Assembly: GCF_035084215.1 (NCBI RefSeq)
Contig: NC_090353.1
Span: forward strand, 37,882,001 to 37,946,000
Direction: 5' to 3'
DNA length: 64,000 nucleotides
DNA from: Heptranchias perlo
Lineage: Eukaryota
The notes under the pieces are model-generated. The model saw nothing but the letters and a program-made list of their open reading frames with translations, was not told the origin of the DNA and did not search any database. Each line of letters begins with the position of its first letter. The stretch's first letter is position 1. The position numbers and the translations under genes were made by a program. This document shows positions 12,590 to 24,231 of the stretch, in pieces.

Positions 12590-13167
12590 CAATCTCTAGA
12601 CTCCACTATTCCAATGCTCTCCTGCCCGGCCTCCCATCTTCCACCCTCATAAACTTCAGCTCATCCAAAACTCTGCTGCCCCGTATCCTAACTCACACCA
12701 AGTCCTGTTCACCCATCACCCCCTGTGCTCGCTGACCTACATTGGCTCCCGGTCCGGGAACGCCTTGATTTTAAAATTCTCATCCTTGTTTTCAAATCCC
12801 TCCATGGCCCTCGCCCCTCCCTATCTCTGTAACCTCCTCCAGCCCTACAACCCTCCGAGATCTCTGCGCTCCTCCAATTCTGGCCTCTTCCGTATCCCCG
12901 ACTTCCTTCACTCCACCATTGGCGGCCGTGCCTTCAGCTGCCTGGGCCCTAAGCTCTGGAATTCCCTCCCTAAACCTCTCCGCCTCTCTCTCTCCTCCTT
13001 TAAGACGCTCCTTAAAACCTCCCTCTTTGACCAAGCTTTTGGTCACCTGTCCTAATATCTCCTTAAGTGGCTCGGGGTCAAATTTTGTCTGATTTACGCT
13101 CCTGTGAAGCACCTTGGGACATCTTACTCCGTAAAAGGCGCTATATAAATGCAAGTTATTGTTGTTG
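12590..13167 (+). mobile_element. L2 LINE 3' fragment
   Basis: SRLHYSNALL...LAPPYLCNLL...GGRAFS...KLWNSLP; tail gctatataaatgcaagtt(gtt)n. Confidence 0.85.
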
Positions 13168-14349
13168 AAGAAGGTTTTGGGGGCATCAGGAGAGCAAGAA
13201 GTAGGAGTTCTGCGGACGTTCCTCGATGTCCCACTTAACTTCGGCGATCAGGAAAGCAGTGTGGAAATTAGCCGAACGTGCTGGGCAGTGAGTGAGTGGT
13301 GTCAGTGGGGGGGCCAGTAATGGTGGGAGGACCCTGCACTGCAGTCTCATGGTGACATGAGCCCAGTTATTAGTGGGGGAGCACGAAGGATGTTTATATG
13401 ACTCTCCTCTACCTGTTATTTTAGTGCCAGTCATTTAAATCAGCAGGTCAGCACCTGCCTTAAAATAGTAGCTGAAGGAGGATTAGAGTCGTCCTCTAAC
13501 GAGCCACAGTGGTTCCCAGTCTAGAGTTCCCAGGACGAACCAGGCTGTAGTGATGTAAGGAACTGCAACAGTACCTGTCCTGTTAAATTAAACCCACTTC
13601 AATCCAAGATATTTCTCCCAGTCACATCAATCTCCTCAATAAATCGTCAGACAGCTCTGGGAGTTTCTGTTTTTTCCACCAATTAATTCTCCTCGGAGAG
13701 TTATGGAGCACCTTCTCTGATATTGGCCAGGATTCATTACTCCGAACGTCAGCCTTCACAGCAGGATATTCAACAGTGGAAGGCATCACAGATGACCTCA
13801 CTCTTGTCCTCACTCACTGCCCACATATGGATTTTCCAGCAGGTTTACATAGAATGACATAGAATGTACAGCACAGAAACAGGCCATTTGGCCCAACAGG
13901 TCTATGCCGGTGTTTATGCTCCACACGAGCCTCCTCCCTCCCTACTTCATCTCACCCTATCAAGAGTCACTGGATAGTCAGCGATAAGGAGCAGGAACCC
14001 TGGCTGATGTCCCCCCTCCTTGCCCGAGACTTCTGTTGCCCTTTCTGGTACCTGTATCACTCTTGAACTAACTCGGCGCAGGTTGAAGTTTGAAGCCTGG
14101 GTGCTGCAGCTCAGCTAATCCCTGAATAACTCAGTCAGCCATTGGTGGCGCCCGCCTGGCATTGTCTATTGTAATGTTATTCTGTAATAGTTTACATGAA
14201 CCAACTGCTGCTTCCTCGGATGACGGAGCCGGTGTGGGGCGATATTTACGTCTGCGTGCAGGGGTTTCCTGCAGCCTTGTTATAACACCCTTAAATATAC
14301 AGGGGAGAGCTGCAGCTGTGGAAACACATCGTTTAGAGGCAGACAACAA

Positions 14350-14428
14350 ATGGACGTCTCACTGCTTTCTCAGACGCTCAATGTCTTCACTGCTTTGCTC
14401 TCATCTGCTGGAGCCTGCTGCTCACAAG
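14350..14428 (+). CDS. PAR4-like receptor copy 1, exon 1 (signal peptide)
   Basis: MDVSLLSQTLNVFTALLSSAGACCSQ+G, phase-1 donor AAG|gttaga. Homologous to exon 1 of copies 2 and 3 (MD...LLS.A..C.S); TATA-like ttaaatata about 55 nt upstream. Confidence 0.72.
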
Positions 14429-14859
14429 GTTAGATTCATCCCCTTACTTCACTCTTTCCTCCATCACCCATAAGCTATTCTACGTTTAGGGAGCTAAACT
14501 AAAGTCGGGGTCTTTAGAGAGCACATTGAGTGTGTTGCCTGGATAATTCTTCCTGATCCATTAAGTTTTAGATCAAACAGCAAAATGTTGATGGTCCCAG
14601 CCTGGGTGAAATGAAGCTTCTGATTCCGAATCTTTCTAAGATTCCGAGGCTCTGTGAGATGTTCTAAACAAATTGGCCAACTGCAAATATATTTCCTATC
14701 TTCAAAAATAAAGATAGAACTAACCCAGGGAACCAGTGAGCCCAATGTCAGAGGTAGGAAAAATACCAAAATCTTTGCTAAACGATCAGATAACAAAACA
14801 TCTTGAGACAGAGAATGTAATGAAAAAATAGTCAGCATGGATTTCTAAAAGGACGACAT

Positions 14860-15060
14860 AACTAAACAACCTTAATGAATTCTTTGAAGAAATGACAGAG
14901 AATAGACCAGGGCAGTGTAGTTGATGTGATATACATAGACTTTCAGAAAGCCTTCGATAAGATGCCACATAAAGACTCATCACAAAGGTCAGGGCCATTG
15001 GGGTCAGGGGCCAGGAAGCAGAATGGATTGAAAGATGGCGATAGAACAGGAAACAGAAGC
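14860..15060 (+). mobile_element. Degenerate CR1 RT fragment
   Basis: Remnants of TNL.EFFE and DFQKAFDK motifs. Confidence 0.6.
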
Positions 15061-15102
15061 AAGGAGTGAGATCGTTTACCAGGGTGTGGGTCAGGACTGA
15101 GA

Positions 15103-15420
15103 CTGGTTAATGTGTGTGATTGATTGATTGGTTAATATGTGTGATTGGTTGATTGGTTAATGTGTGCGATTGATTGATTGGTTAATATGTGCGATTGATT
15201 GATTGGTTAATGTGTGTGATTGATTGATTGGTTAATGTGTGGAATTGATTGGTTAATGTGTGTGTGATTGATTGACTGATTGGTTGATTAGTTAATGTGT
15301 GTGGTCAATGTGTGGGATTGATTGGTTAATGTGTGGGATTGGTTAACGTGATTGGTTAATGTGTGGGATTGATTGATTGGTTAATGTATGTGATTGGTTA
15401 ACATGACTGATTGATGTGTG
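15103..15420. repeat. Degenerate (gattggttaatgtgtgt)-type minisatellite
   Basis: Repeated gatt/ggttaatgtgtg units. Confidence 0.85.
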
Positions 15421-16233
15421 CTTTCCTGAGGTCACATCAACAAGAAGCAAAAGAATCAGCAGGAAAGTACTTGTACTACAAGAGAATAAAATTCCTGAAA
15501 GAAATGGTTTGGGGGAGGCTTTTGGTGATGTGTACTCATTTTTAAGGGTTAGCCTGAGTGTTATCAGTGTTTTGTAGATTTCCTAAGTTTCAATTGAAAC
15601 TTGGAAGCAGATCCTGGTCGGTGAGCAGATATTCAGTGAAAGGCAACGTTTCAATGTGGATTGGCAGAAGGACAGGTTCATGTTGGGCAAATGAACAGTG
15701 AGACGTGACAGGTTGAACTGATTTAACCACAGCACTGGGAGAAGGTGACACTGGATAGGAGGAGGAGACATTGATATATTAAGATTTCACACATGGGTCA
15801 AGGGCTGAGGCCATTTGCTCTTTGTCGCTGCTGTTCAGTTGTGTCGGGAGGTGGGAGATCCTGTTACTTGAGTCCGCTGTCTTTGACGGTCTCTGCTGCC
15901 TCTCCTTAACTAGTCTTTCAACAGAGAAAAGTGAACACGTGGACAAATAAATAGTGTGAGTATTGGTGAGGACAGTTTGATGTTCATTAAGGCACTGGGT
16001 GCTATTTTACGCACAAGAAATGTCTATCATGATGAAAGGAATATTATTGGAGACACAAATTGTAATAATGTATTTGAGATCCTACCGCTGGATGGAATTG
16101 AGCACAGTGCAGTTAATTAAAGGCGTGTGTTGTACACTAAAATAAACTGACCAATCCTCAAGTCCCAGGGTATAGTTTACACCAACAGGAAGACGAGCTC
16201 CAAAATGACAAAAAAAATCTTTTTTTATTTCAG

Positions 16234-17318
16234 AATCTTCGCTATTTGAATTTCAAGATGTTATTAATCCAATCACAAACTCAACTAATAATTCTGCAAT
16301 AATTCAAAATGTGCTGAGTGAATCACCAAGATATTATCTGACCAGTTCTGTCACCACGGTGATGATTCCTGCCATTTCCAGCATCATCTTTGTCATTGGT
16401 CTCCCAGCCAATGGGCTGGCTCTTTTGGTTCTGGTCACCAAGGTCCAGAGAATGCCTTCCACCATCTTCCTGATGAACCTGGCGACTGCTGATCTTCTCC
16501 TGATCCTAGTGCTGCCGTTCAAAATCCACTATCACTTCCTGGGCAATGACTGGCTCTTTGGTGAGGGTCTGTGTCGGACAATGACCGCCTTCTTCTATGG
16601 GAACATGTACTGCTCCATCCTGCTCCTCACCTTCATCAGCATCGACAGATACTTCGCTCTGGTCCATCCATTCTTCTCCAAACGCTTCAGGGACAATACG
16701 TTTGCCGTTGGTGCCTGTTCGGTGATTTGGGCGCTTGTTGTACTCTCCGTGTTACCGTTTCTCCTCCAGAGGCAGACGTACCCAATCCAGGATCTAAACA
16801 TCACCACCTGCCATGATGCCTTGCCAGGAAACCTGCAGTCTGGTTATTTCTTCTATTACTTTGTGTGTTTGGTTGTGTTTGAGTTTCTCATTCCCTCTCT
16901 TGTTACTATATTCTGTTACGTGTCTATAATCAAAACATTGATGATTAATGAAGGTAAATATGCCAAAGCTGTAAGGACCATAATTCTAGTGCTGATAGTG
17001 TATGTGGTGTGTTTCACCCCCAGTAATATAATCCTCCTCATCCACCACTCTGAGTATCACCTCACACATTCCAGTGACCTGTATTTCTATTATATGATCT
17101 GCCTGGCACTCAGCACCTTCAATAACTGCATCGACCCTTTCATCTACTACTACATCTCCGAGGAGTTCAGGGACAAAGTGAGAAGTTTGATCTGGTTTTG
17201 CAAAGAAACAAAAGATGAAGATTCAAGAAAAACAGCCCAGAAACTCCTTCTGGCCAACATCACATCAGGATCTAGACCAAAAGCACCAGTAGGAGATCTT
17301 GAACGAGGGCAGCTGTAG
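16234..17318 (+). CDS. Protease-activated receptor 4-like GPCR copy 1, exon 2 (7TM); spliced 387 aa
   Basis: Acceptor tttatttcag; in-frame stop at 16206 excludes an upstream extension. Motifs PANGLAL..PST..LMNLATADLLL, YGNMYCSILLL, DRY, TTCHDALP, DPFIYYYISEEFRDKVR; the last two best match PAR4/F2RL3. Confidence 0.93.
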
Positions 17319-18447
17319 GTCCATAAGGAGACAGACCATTAGCATCACTTCTTGCAACATTAAACCCGATACTGGCTGTAACTCCTGGTGCATTCAGCAA
17401 ATATTGGAAATGAAGAACAAACCTTTTAATGAAGGACTTCACCACACACTAAGCTGGTGGAACTTAAGTGAACGCTACTTTGCGTCTTGTGTCAGGCAGA
17501 CTGTTCCCTACTCCCCTCCCATGATTACTGGTCCTCTGTAATATACGTAGCTGCTGCTCATCATCATCATTCAGATGTTGTAACAAAATTGCTGATGAAA
17601 TCATGTCACCAATTCGCTCCCATTTCTCTATCCACCAATAGAGCGCCTCTCTTTGAGACACCCAATATGGTCAAACTTTCCTCATTCCTTTGATTTTTTT
17701 TCTTACCAACTCGTTGCTGTGAAGAGAGGACAGCAAATGCCCCAATAAATCACCATATCACCTCGAACCCTACAGGTCATCAACCAGGATTCAACTGGCC
17801 AGGTGGTAGTTGGACGTTTCTCACTCACTGTCAAACTGGAGGGGGAGAGCAGGCACCTCAAAACTCCACTGATGGGGCGAGCGTTACAAACCACATCCCA
17901 CATCATTGGATCATGGCCGCTGACTAAACACTCTGGGGGCTGGCGCACTTTGCCTGCTGTTCTTTAAAATGGCTGGAATTAATCGCTGAGTCCGTACACG
18001 CTAAATAACACTGAAGGTGCTAACTCTGTGTGGAACATACCCACTCAAATACACTCACTCTACCTGTTACTACAGATGACCTATATTCAGATTCTAATCA
18101 TTTACAGCATGGAGATAAAAGCCAGTACATCTGGCATAGCTGGTTGTTTCAGTGAGTAACTAAGCCACACCGATCAGTAAGACCCTGATTTGATCTCCAG
18201 TCTGTGCTGAGTTGGCCGATAACAGGGATGGTGGCAGTAGGGACGGTACAATTGATCGCAGTGCCCAGGATTCCCAGTCCCGGTCACTATCCATTAATCC
18301 CACTAAAAAGTGTGGGTGCGGACGGATATTAGGCAGGGACAGAATCCATCTTAACTGCGACGCTTCTATGGTTAAATAGTCTGCTGATACTCACCACCTG
18401 GGCTCACACATGAAGAATGGTCACTTGGAGGAGATACAAGATTAGCT

Positions 18448-19412
18448 GAGAGTCAGTGCCTTCAGGAGCGATTGGGACCTGTACCCTAGTGAGAGTCAGT
18501 GCCTTCAGGAGTGATTGGGACCTGTACTCCAATGAGAGTCAGTGCCTTCAGGAGCAATTGGGACCTGTACACCAGTGAGAGTCAGCGCCTTCAGGAGCGA
18601 TTGGGACCTGTACTCCAATGAGAGTCAGTGCCTTCAGGAGCAATTGGGACCTGTACACCAGTGAGAGTCAGCACCTTCAGGAGCAATAGGGACCTGTACT
18701 CCAATGAGAGTCAGCGCCTTCAGGAGCAATAGGGACCTGTACTCCAATGAGAGTCAGCGCCTTCAGGAGCGATTGGGACCTGTACCCCAATGAGAGTCAG
18801 CACCTTCAGGAGCAATAGGGACCTGTACTCCAATGAGAGTCAGCGCCTTCAGGAGCGATTGGGACCTGTACCCCAATGAGAGTCAGCACCTTCAGGAGCA
18901 ATAGGGACCTGTACTCCAATGAGAGTCAGCGCCTTCAGGAGCGATTGGGACCTGTACCCCAATGAGAGTCAGCACCTTCAGGAGCAATTGGGACCTGTAC
19001 ACCAGTGAGAGTCAGCACCTTCAGGAGCAATAGGGACCTGTACCCCAATGAGAGTCAGCACCTTCAGGAGCAATTGGGACCTGTACACCAGTGAGAGTCA
19101 GTGCCTTCAGGAGCAATTGGGACCTGTACCCCAATGAGAGTCAGCACCTTCAGGAGCAATAGGGACCTGTACTCCAATGAGAGTCAGCGCCTTCAGGAGC
19201 GATTGGGACCTGTACCCCAATGAGAGTCAGCACCTTCAGGAGCAATAGGGACCTGTACTCCAATGAGAGTCAGCGCCTTCAGGAGCGATTGGGACCTGTA
19301 CCCCAATGAGAGTCAGCACCTTCAGGAGCAATAGGGACCTGTACTCCAATGAGAGTCAGCGCCTTCAGGAGCGATTGGGACCTGTACCCCAATGAGAGTC
19401 AGTGCCTTCAGG
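18448..19412. repeat. 43-bp minisatellite, about 22 copies
   Basis: Unit gagagtcagcgccttcaggagcgattgggacctgtaccccaat. Confidence 0.95.
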
Positions 19413-20529
19413 AGAGGGAAAATTAGCTGAATAAAGAAATGGGGGGAAAACTGAATTTACGTGGGAGATTAGCATGTGGTGTTAAGACAATCCCTATGGG
19501 CCCTGGCTCTGTCTGCAATTCTATGTTGGACTGTGTGGATCAGTCACCAACTGAGCCAGCAAATGGGTTGAAATTGCTGTCTTTGCAGAATAAATTTTTC
19601 AAGTACAACCTTCTGTCTGGATTTTTTTATTGAAATGCATTGCAATCTTTGAAAAGTCAGTTTTAGTTTCAGCGAGTTAGGTCCTGACCAGTTAAATGAC
19701 TGTTATTAACCTTCTCTGCACCTTAAACACACACTATTGGGACCAGTTGGGCAAGAAAGGCCATTGGGCAGATCAGGCAGAGCTGGATAAACACACAATG
19801 GGTCAGACATCCATATCACAGCTCAATAAAAACACAAATAGGGAGTTTCAAAGGCCAGTCTTTCCCCGAGGTCCACAGAAGGCAGTGTAACTGCAGACGA
19901 GCAGCTGCGTCCACCCCATGTCTGCCCTCCTTATCCCAGACAATGTTATTGGATTGGAATATTTTTAGTGATGTCAATGGAAATGAAACAGTGGCGAGAT
20001 GTACAATGAGGACTGATCACCTGTTTTACACAATTGCCCAAAGTCAAGGTTACCCCCGCTCTCTCCCCAGGGCAAACTTTTGGAGAGGATTTTTTTTAAT
20101 GTTTGAGAAAAGTTATAATCAACACATAAATTCACACAAAGGCACCAAATGGGAGGGGTCTGTAACCAATGCTCTGTCCTCTAACTGATTCTGGTATTTG
20201 GGATGATGCTCTCAAGGCAATAGTTTTGCCCTGAAATGAATTAAAATGAGGGCAGCCTAAACCAATCTCCAGATTCCCGAATATTTGTTGTGTTACTTTT
20301 CCTGATATGACTTTGCATCAGGAGCAGATTTGGGAACTCTGCCTGTTGATTATCTGCGATGGACATTTCCTGCAATTTTAATGTAGACAGCGTAATGTTT
20401 ACACCAGTTTTCCTGCTGTCTGGCTGTAACATTCTGGAGGATAAAGGGCAGACACACAGCAGACCTGAAGGTTAGTCACAGCCAGACCATAGCTCACAGC
20501 AACAGGACAGCCTGTGCATCTCGGCAGCT

Positions 20530-20611
20530 ATGGACTTCCCTGAACTCTCCCGAAGACTCTTTCTCTTTACTCTGTTACTCTCACCTGCAGCAGTCTGCCA
20601 GTCGAAAGAAG
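20530..20611 (+). CDS. PAR4-like receptor copy 2, exon 1 (signal peptide)
   Basis: MDFPELSRRLFLFTLLLSPAAVCQSKE+G; 82 nt; donor AAG|gtaaga; phase 1 joins exon 2 in frame. Confidence 0.85.
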
Positions 20612-21351
20612 GTAAGACTTTTATTGGTTTACTTCACTCCTTCTCTCCTGTAATATATTTTAGATTTATCGGGGAGTCTGTGCGCCTGCAACTCAGAAAA
20701 CCATTTTGAGAACACACTGGAGCCAGTTCAGGAGCTCTCCCTGTTACATCCCTGAAACAGTCTGGGTTGAAGCATATTTTTGATTCCAAATAATTTTAAG
20801 ATGGTGAAGCTGTGTGAGATTTTATCAATAAACGGGTGATTTCCCCAGTTCCTCCGTCTTGTTGCAATTATATCTCTGCTTCTCAGGAGTCGCTCATCTC
20901 TGGTGCCTTTGGCCGACATCATGCGCTCATTTCAGCTTTGTAACATCAGTTTAGCAGCTGGCAGGTTGCAGTTTCCAGCTGCAAGGTAAGACTGTCCCGG
21001 GGTGAGGTGGAGCTGAAGCAGATGTTACAACTGCTGTCGACAGAATTCTTACTCTGCAATTGTTAAATGTTTCATTAGAGTGACACGCACTCGATGGGTT
21101 GATGCTGTCGGTGATGGATTACAGCAAACTGCTTTTTATCCTGCCCCAGTGACATGTCCTACAGCAACGTTATTCCCCTTTAAGAGCATTCGAGCAAGTT
21201 CTGTTCAGAACGTATTTACAGCACACAAAGGCTAGCATTTCCTCCTCACCAGCAGGGTCCTTTTACGATCAGTTTGGTCAAATATAGATGGGTAGATTTT
21301 AAGTTGCTGCCCGGGATCAGACACCCGTTAACAAAACCGCCTGATTTTCAT

Positions 21352-21675
21352 TTCATAGGAACAGGAGGAGGCCATTCAGCCCCTCGGGCTTGTTCCGCCA
21401 TTCAATTAGATCACGGCTGATCTGCAACTCAGCTCCATTTTGCCCACCTTTGCTCCGTATCCCTCGATACCGACAAAAATCTATCGATCTCAGTCTTGAA
21501 AGCTCCAATTGATCCCCAGCATCCACAGCCTTTAGGGGGAGAGTTCCAGATTTCCACTCTCCTTTGTGTGAGGAAGTGCTTCCTGATTTCACCCCTGAAC
21601 AGCCTGGCTCTAATTTTAAGGTTCTGCCCCCTTGTCCTGGACTCCCCCCACCAGACGAAATAGTTTCTCTCTCTC
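21352..21675 (-). mobile_element. CR1 3' end
   Basis: CR1 3' UTR (gaatggcctcctcctgttcctatg); similar copy at 22915-23120. Confidence 0.7.
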
Positions 21676-21809
21676 TCTATTAAAAAGGGAAGTGGGTGAA
21701 TATTTGAAAGGACAGGGGAATGGGATGAAGTGGATGGATAGCGGACACGGGGAAGATGGGAATGGCTTCCTTCTGTGCTGTAAAATTTTAATTTAATGTT
21801 AACTGATGC

Positions 21810-22430
21810 AAGTTAATAAGGCCATAAAAATGCAAACCAAGCACTGGGGTTCATTTCTAGAGGGATAGAATTGAAAAGCAGAGAAGTTATGTTAAACATA
21901 TACAGAACCTTGGTTAGACCACACTTGGAGAACTGTGCGCAGTTCTGGTCTCCATATTATAAAAGGATATAGAGGCACTGGAGAAGGTGCAAAAAAGATT
22001 CACAAGGATGATACCAGAACTGAGAGGTTATAACTATCAGGAAAGATTGAACAGGCTGGGGCTCTTTTCTCTAGAAAAGACAAGGCTGAGAGGTGACCTG
22101 ATAGAGGTCTTTAAAATTATGAAAGGGTTTGATAGGATAGACGTAGAGATAATGTTTCACTTGTGGGGAGGCCATAAATATAAGATAGTCACTAATAAAT
22201 CCAAAAGAGTGGTGAGAATGTGGAACTCGCTCCCACAAGGAGTGGTTGAGGTGAATAGTGGAGATGGATTTAAGGGGAAGCTCGATAAACACATGAGGGA
22301 GAAAGGAATAGAAGGATATGCTGATAGGGTGAGATGAAGTAGGGAGGGAGGAGGCTCGTGTGGAGCATAAACACCGGGATAGACCAGGGGGGCCGAATGG
22401 CCTGTTTCTGTGCTGTAAATTCTTTGTAAT
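21810..22430 (+). mobile_element. CR1 3' fragment
   Basis: VQKRFTRMIP...RLRGDLIEVFKI ORF 21987-22337. Confidence 0.85.
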
Positions 22431-22601
22431 TTAAGGTAACTTTTGGGTCGATACAAATCTATCCCAAAAATGGATAATAAGAAGAAGTTGATAGATTCTT
22501 GTGGCTGATTTTGTATTCTGATTGGCTCTCGATCATTTTTACAAGCTTGATCAAGGACACTGTGAGTTGGATGTGGTAATAAATCCTTGCGCTTGAGGGG
22601 C

Positions 22602-22812
22602 TTTTTTTTTTATTCGTTCACGGGATGTGGGCGTCGCTGGCGAGGCCGGCATTTATTGCCCATCCCTAATTGCCCTTGAGAAGGTGGTGGTGAGCCGCCT
22701 TCTTGAACCGCTGCAGTCCGTGTGGTGACGGTTCTCCCACAGTGCTGTTAGGAAGGGAGTTCCAGGATTTTGACCCAGCGACAATGAAGGAACGGCGATA
22801 TATTTCCAAGTC
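22602..22812 (-). mobile_element. LINE family A 3' end
   Basis: Reverse complement of the family A tail, with polyT. Confidence 0.85.
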
Positions 22813-23185
22813 TGAATGGCCTGCTCCTGTTCCTCTGTAACTAAAGATGAAAAAATGCTTTTATTTGAAATTATCAGCTTATCCTCTATTCTCAGCACAT
22901 AATGGGTTTTTTTCATAGGAACAGGAGGAGGCCATTCAGCCCCTCCTGCCTGTTCCAACATTCAATTAGATCATGGTTCATCTGTACCTCAACTCCATTT
23001 CCCCGCCTTTGCTCCGTATCCCCTGATCCCCTCACCCAACAAAAATCTATCGATCTCAGTCTTGAAAACTCCAATTGACCCCCAGCACCCACAGTCTTTG
23101 GGGAGAGAGTTCCAGATTTCTAGTGCTTTACAACTTTAACTAGGAACTAAAACCCTAACATTAAAAAATCTTTCTTTTTGTGCAG

Positions 23186-24231
23186 ATTCCCCAAAAGCCA
23201 ATGGGAGAAGTTTCCGATTTTCTGTTGCTGGTCCCAACAATGTGCTGAATGAATCAGCATTGAATCACCTGACCAGTTCTGTTACCACGGTGATGATTCC
23301 TGCCATTTCCAGCATCATCTTGATTATTGGTCTCCCAGCCAATGGGCTGGCTCTTTTGGTTCTGGTCACCAAGGTCCAGAGAATGCCTTCCACCATCTTC
23401 CTGATGAACCTGGCGACTGCTGATCTTCTCCTGATCCTAGTGCTGCCGTTCAAAATCCACTATCACTTCCTGGGCAATGACTGGCTCTTTGGTGAGGGTC
23501 TGTGTCGGACAATGACCGCCTTCTTCTACGGGAACATGTACTGCTCCATCCTGCTCCTCACCTTCATCAGCATCGACAGATACTTCGCTCTGGTCCATCC
23601 ATTCTTCTCCAAACGCTTCAGGGACAATACGTTTGCCGTTGGTGCCTGTTCGGTGATTTGGGCGCTTGTTGTACTCTCCGTGTTACCGTTTCTCCTCCAG
23701 AGGCAGACGTACCCAATCCAGGATCTAAACATCACCACCTGCCATGATGCCTTGCCAGGAAAAGTGGACTCTGGTTATTTCTTCTATTACTTTGTGTGTT
23801 TGGTTGTGTTTGAGTTTCTCATTCCCTCTCTTGTTACTATATTCTGTTACGTGTCTATAATCAGGGCATTAATGGTTAGTGAACAGCAATTCGGGCAAGC
23901 TGTAAAGACCATGGTGTTAGTGCTGATAGTGTATGTGGTGTGTTTCACGCCCAGTAATATAATCCTCCTCATCCACCACTCTGAGCATCACCTCACACAT
24001 TCCAGTGACCTGTATTTCTATTATATGATCTGCCTGGCACTCAGCACCTTCAATAACTGCATCGACCCTTTCATCTACTACTACATCTCCGAGGAGTTCA
24101 GGGACAAAGTGAGAAGCTTGATTATTTGCAAAGAAACAAAAGATAAAGATTCAAGAAAAACGGCCCTTCAGCTGGTTCAGAGCAGCTCCTCCTCAGGGTC
24201 TGACACGAAGATATCAGTGAGGAGTATTTGA
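23186..24231 (+). CDS. PAR4-like GPCR copy 2, exon 2; spliced 375 aa; predicted cleavage ANGR/SFRFSV
   Basis: Acceptor tttgtgcag; reads DSPKANGRSFRFSVAGPNNVLNES... in frame with ORF 23242-24231; full 7TM motifs. Confidence 0.93.

Noticed and set aside
16189-16233. Alternative upstream acceptor giving copy 1 a GR motif
   Set aside because: It reads GRRAPK and then hits an in-frame TGA at 16206.
16311-16313. ORF-track GTG/TTG starts for the PAR ORFs (16311, 23242, 32868)
   Set aside because: The true starts lie in upstream signal-peptide exons joined by phase-1 introns.
18448-19412. CRISPR-like appearance of this and other regular arrays
   Set aside because: Units are contiguous with no unique spacers, there are no cas genes, and the context is eukaryotic.
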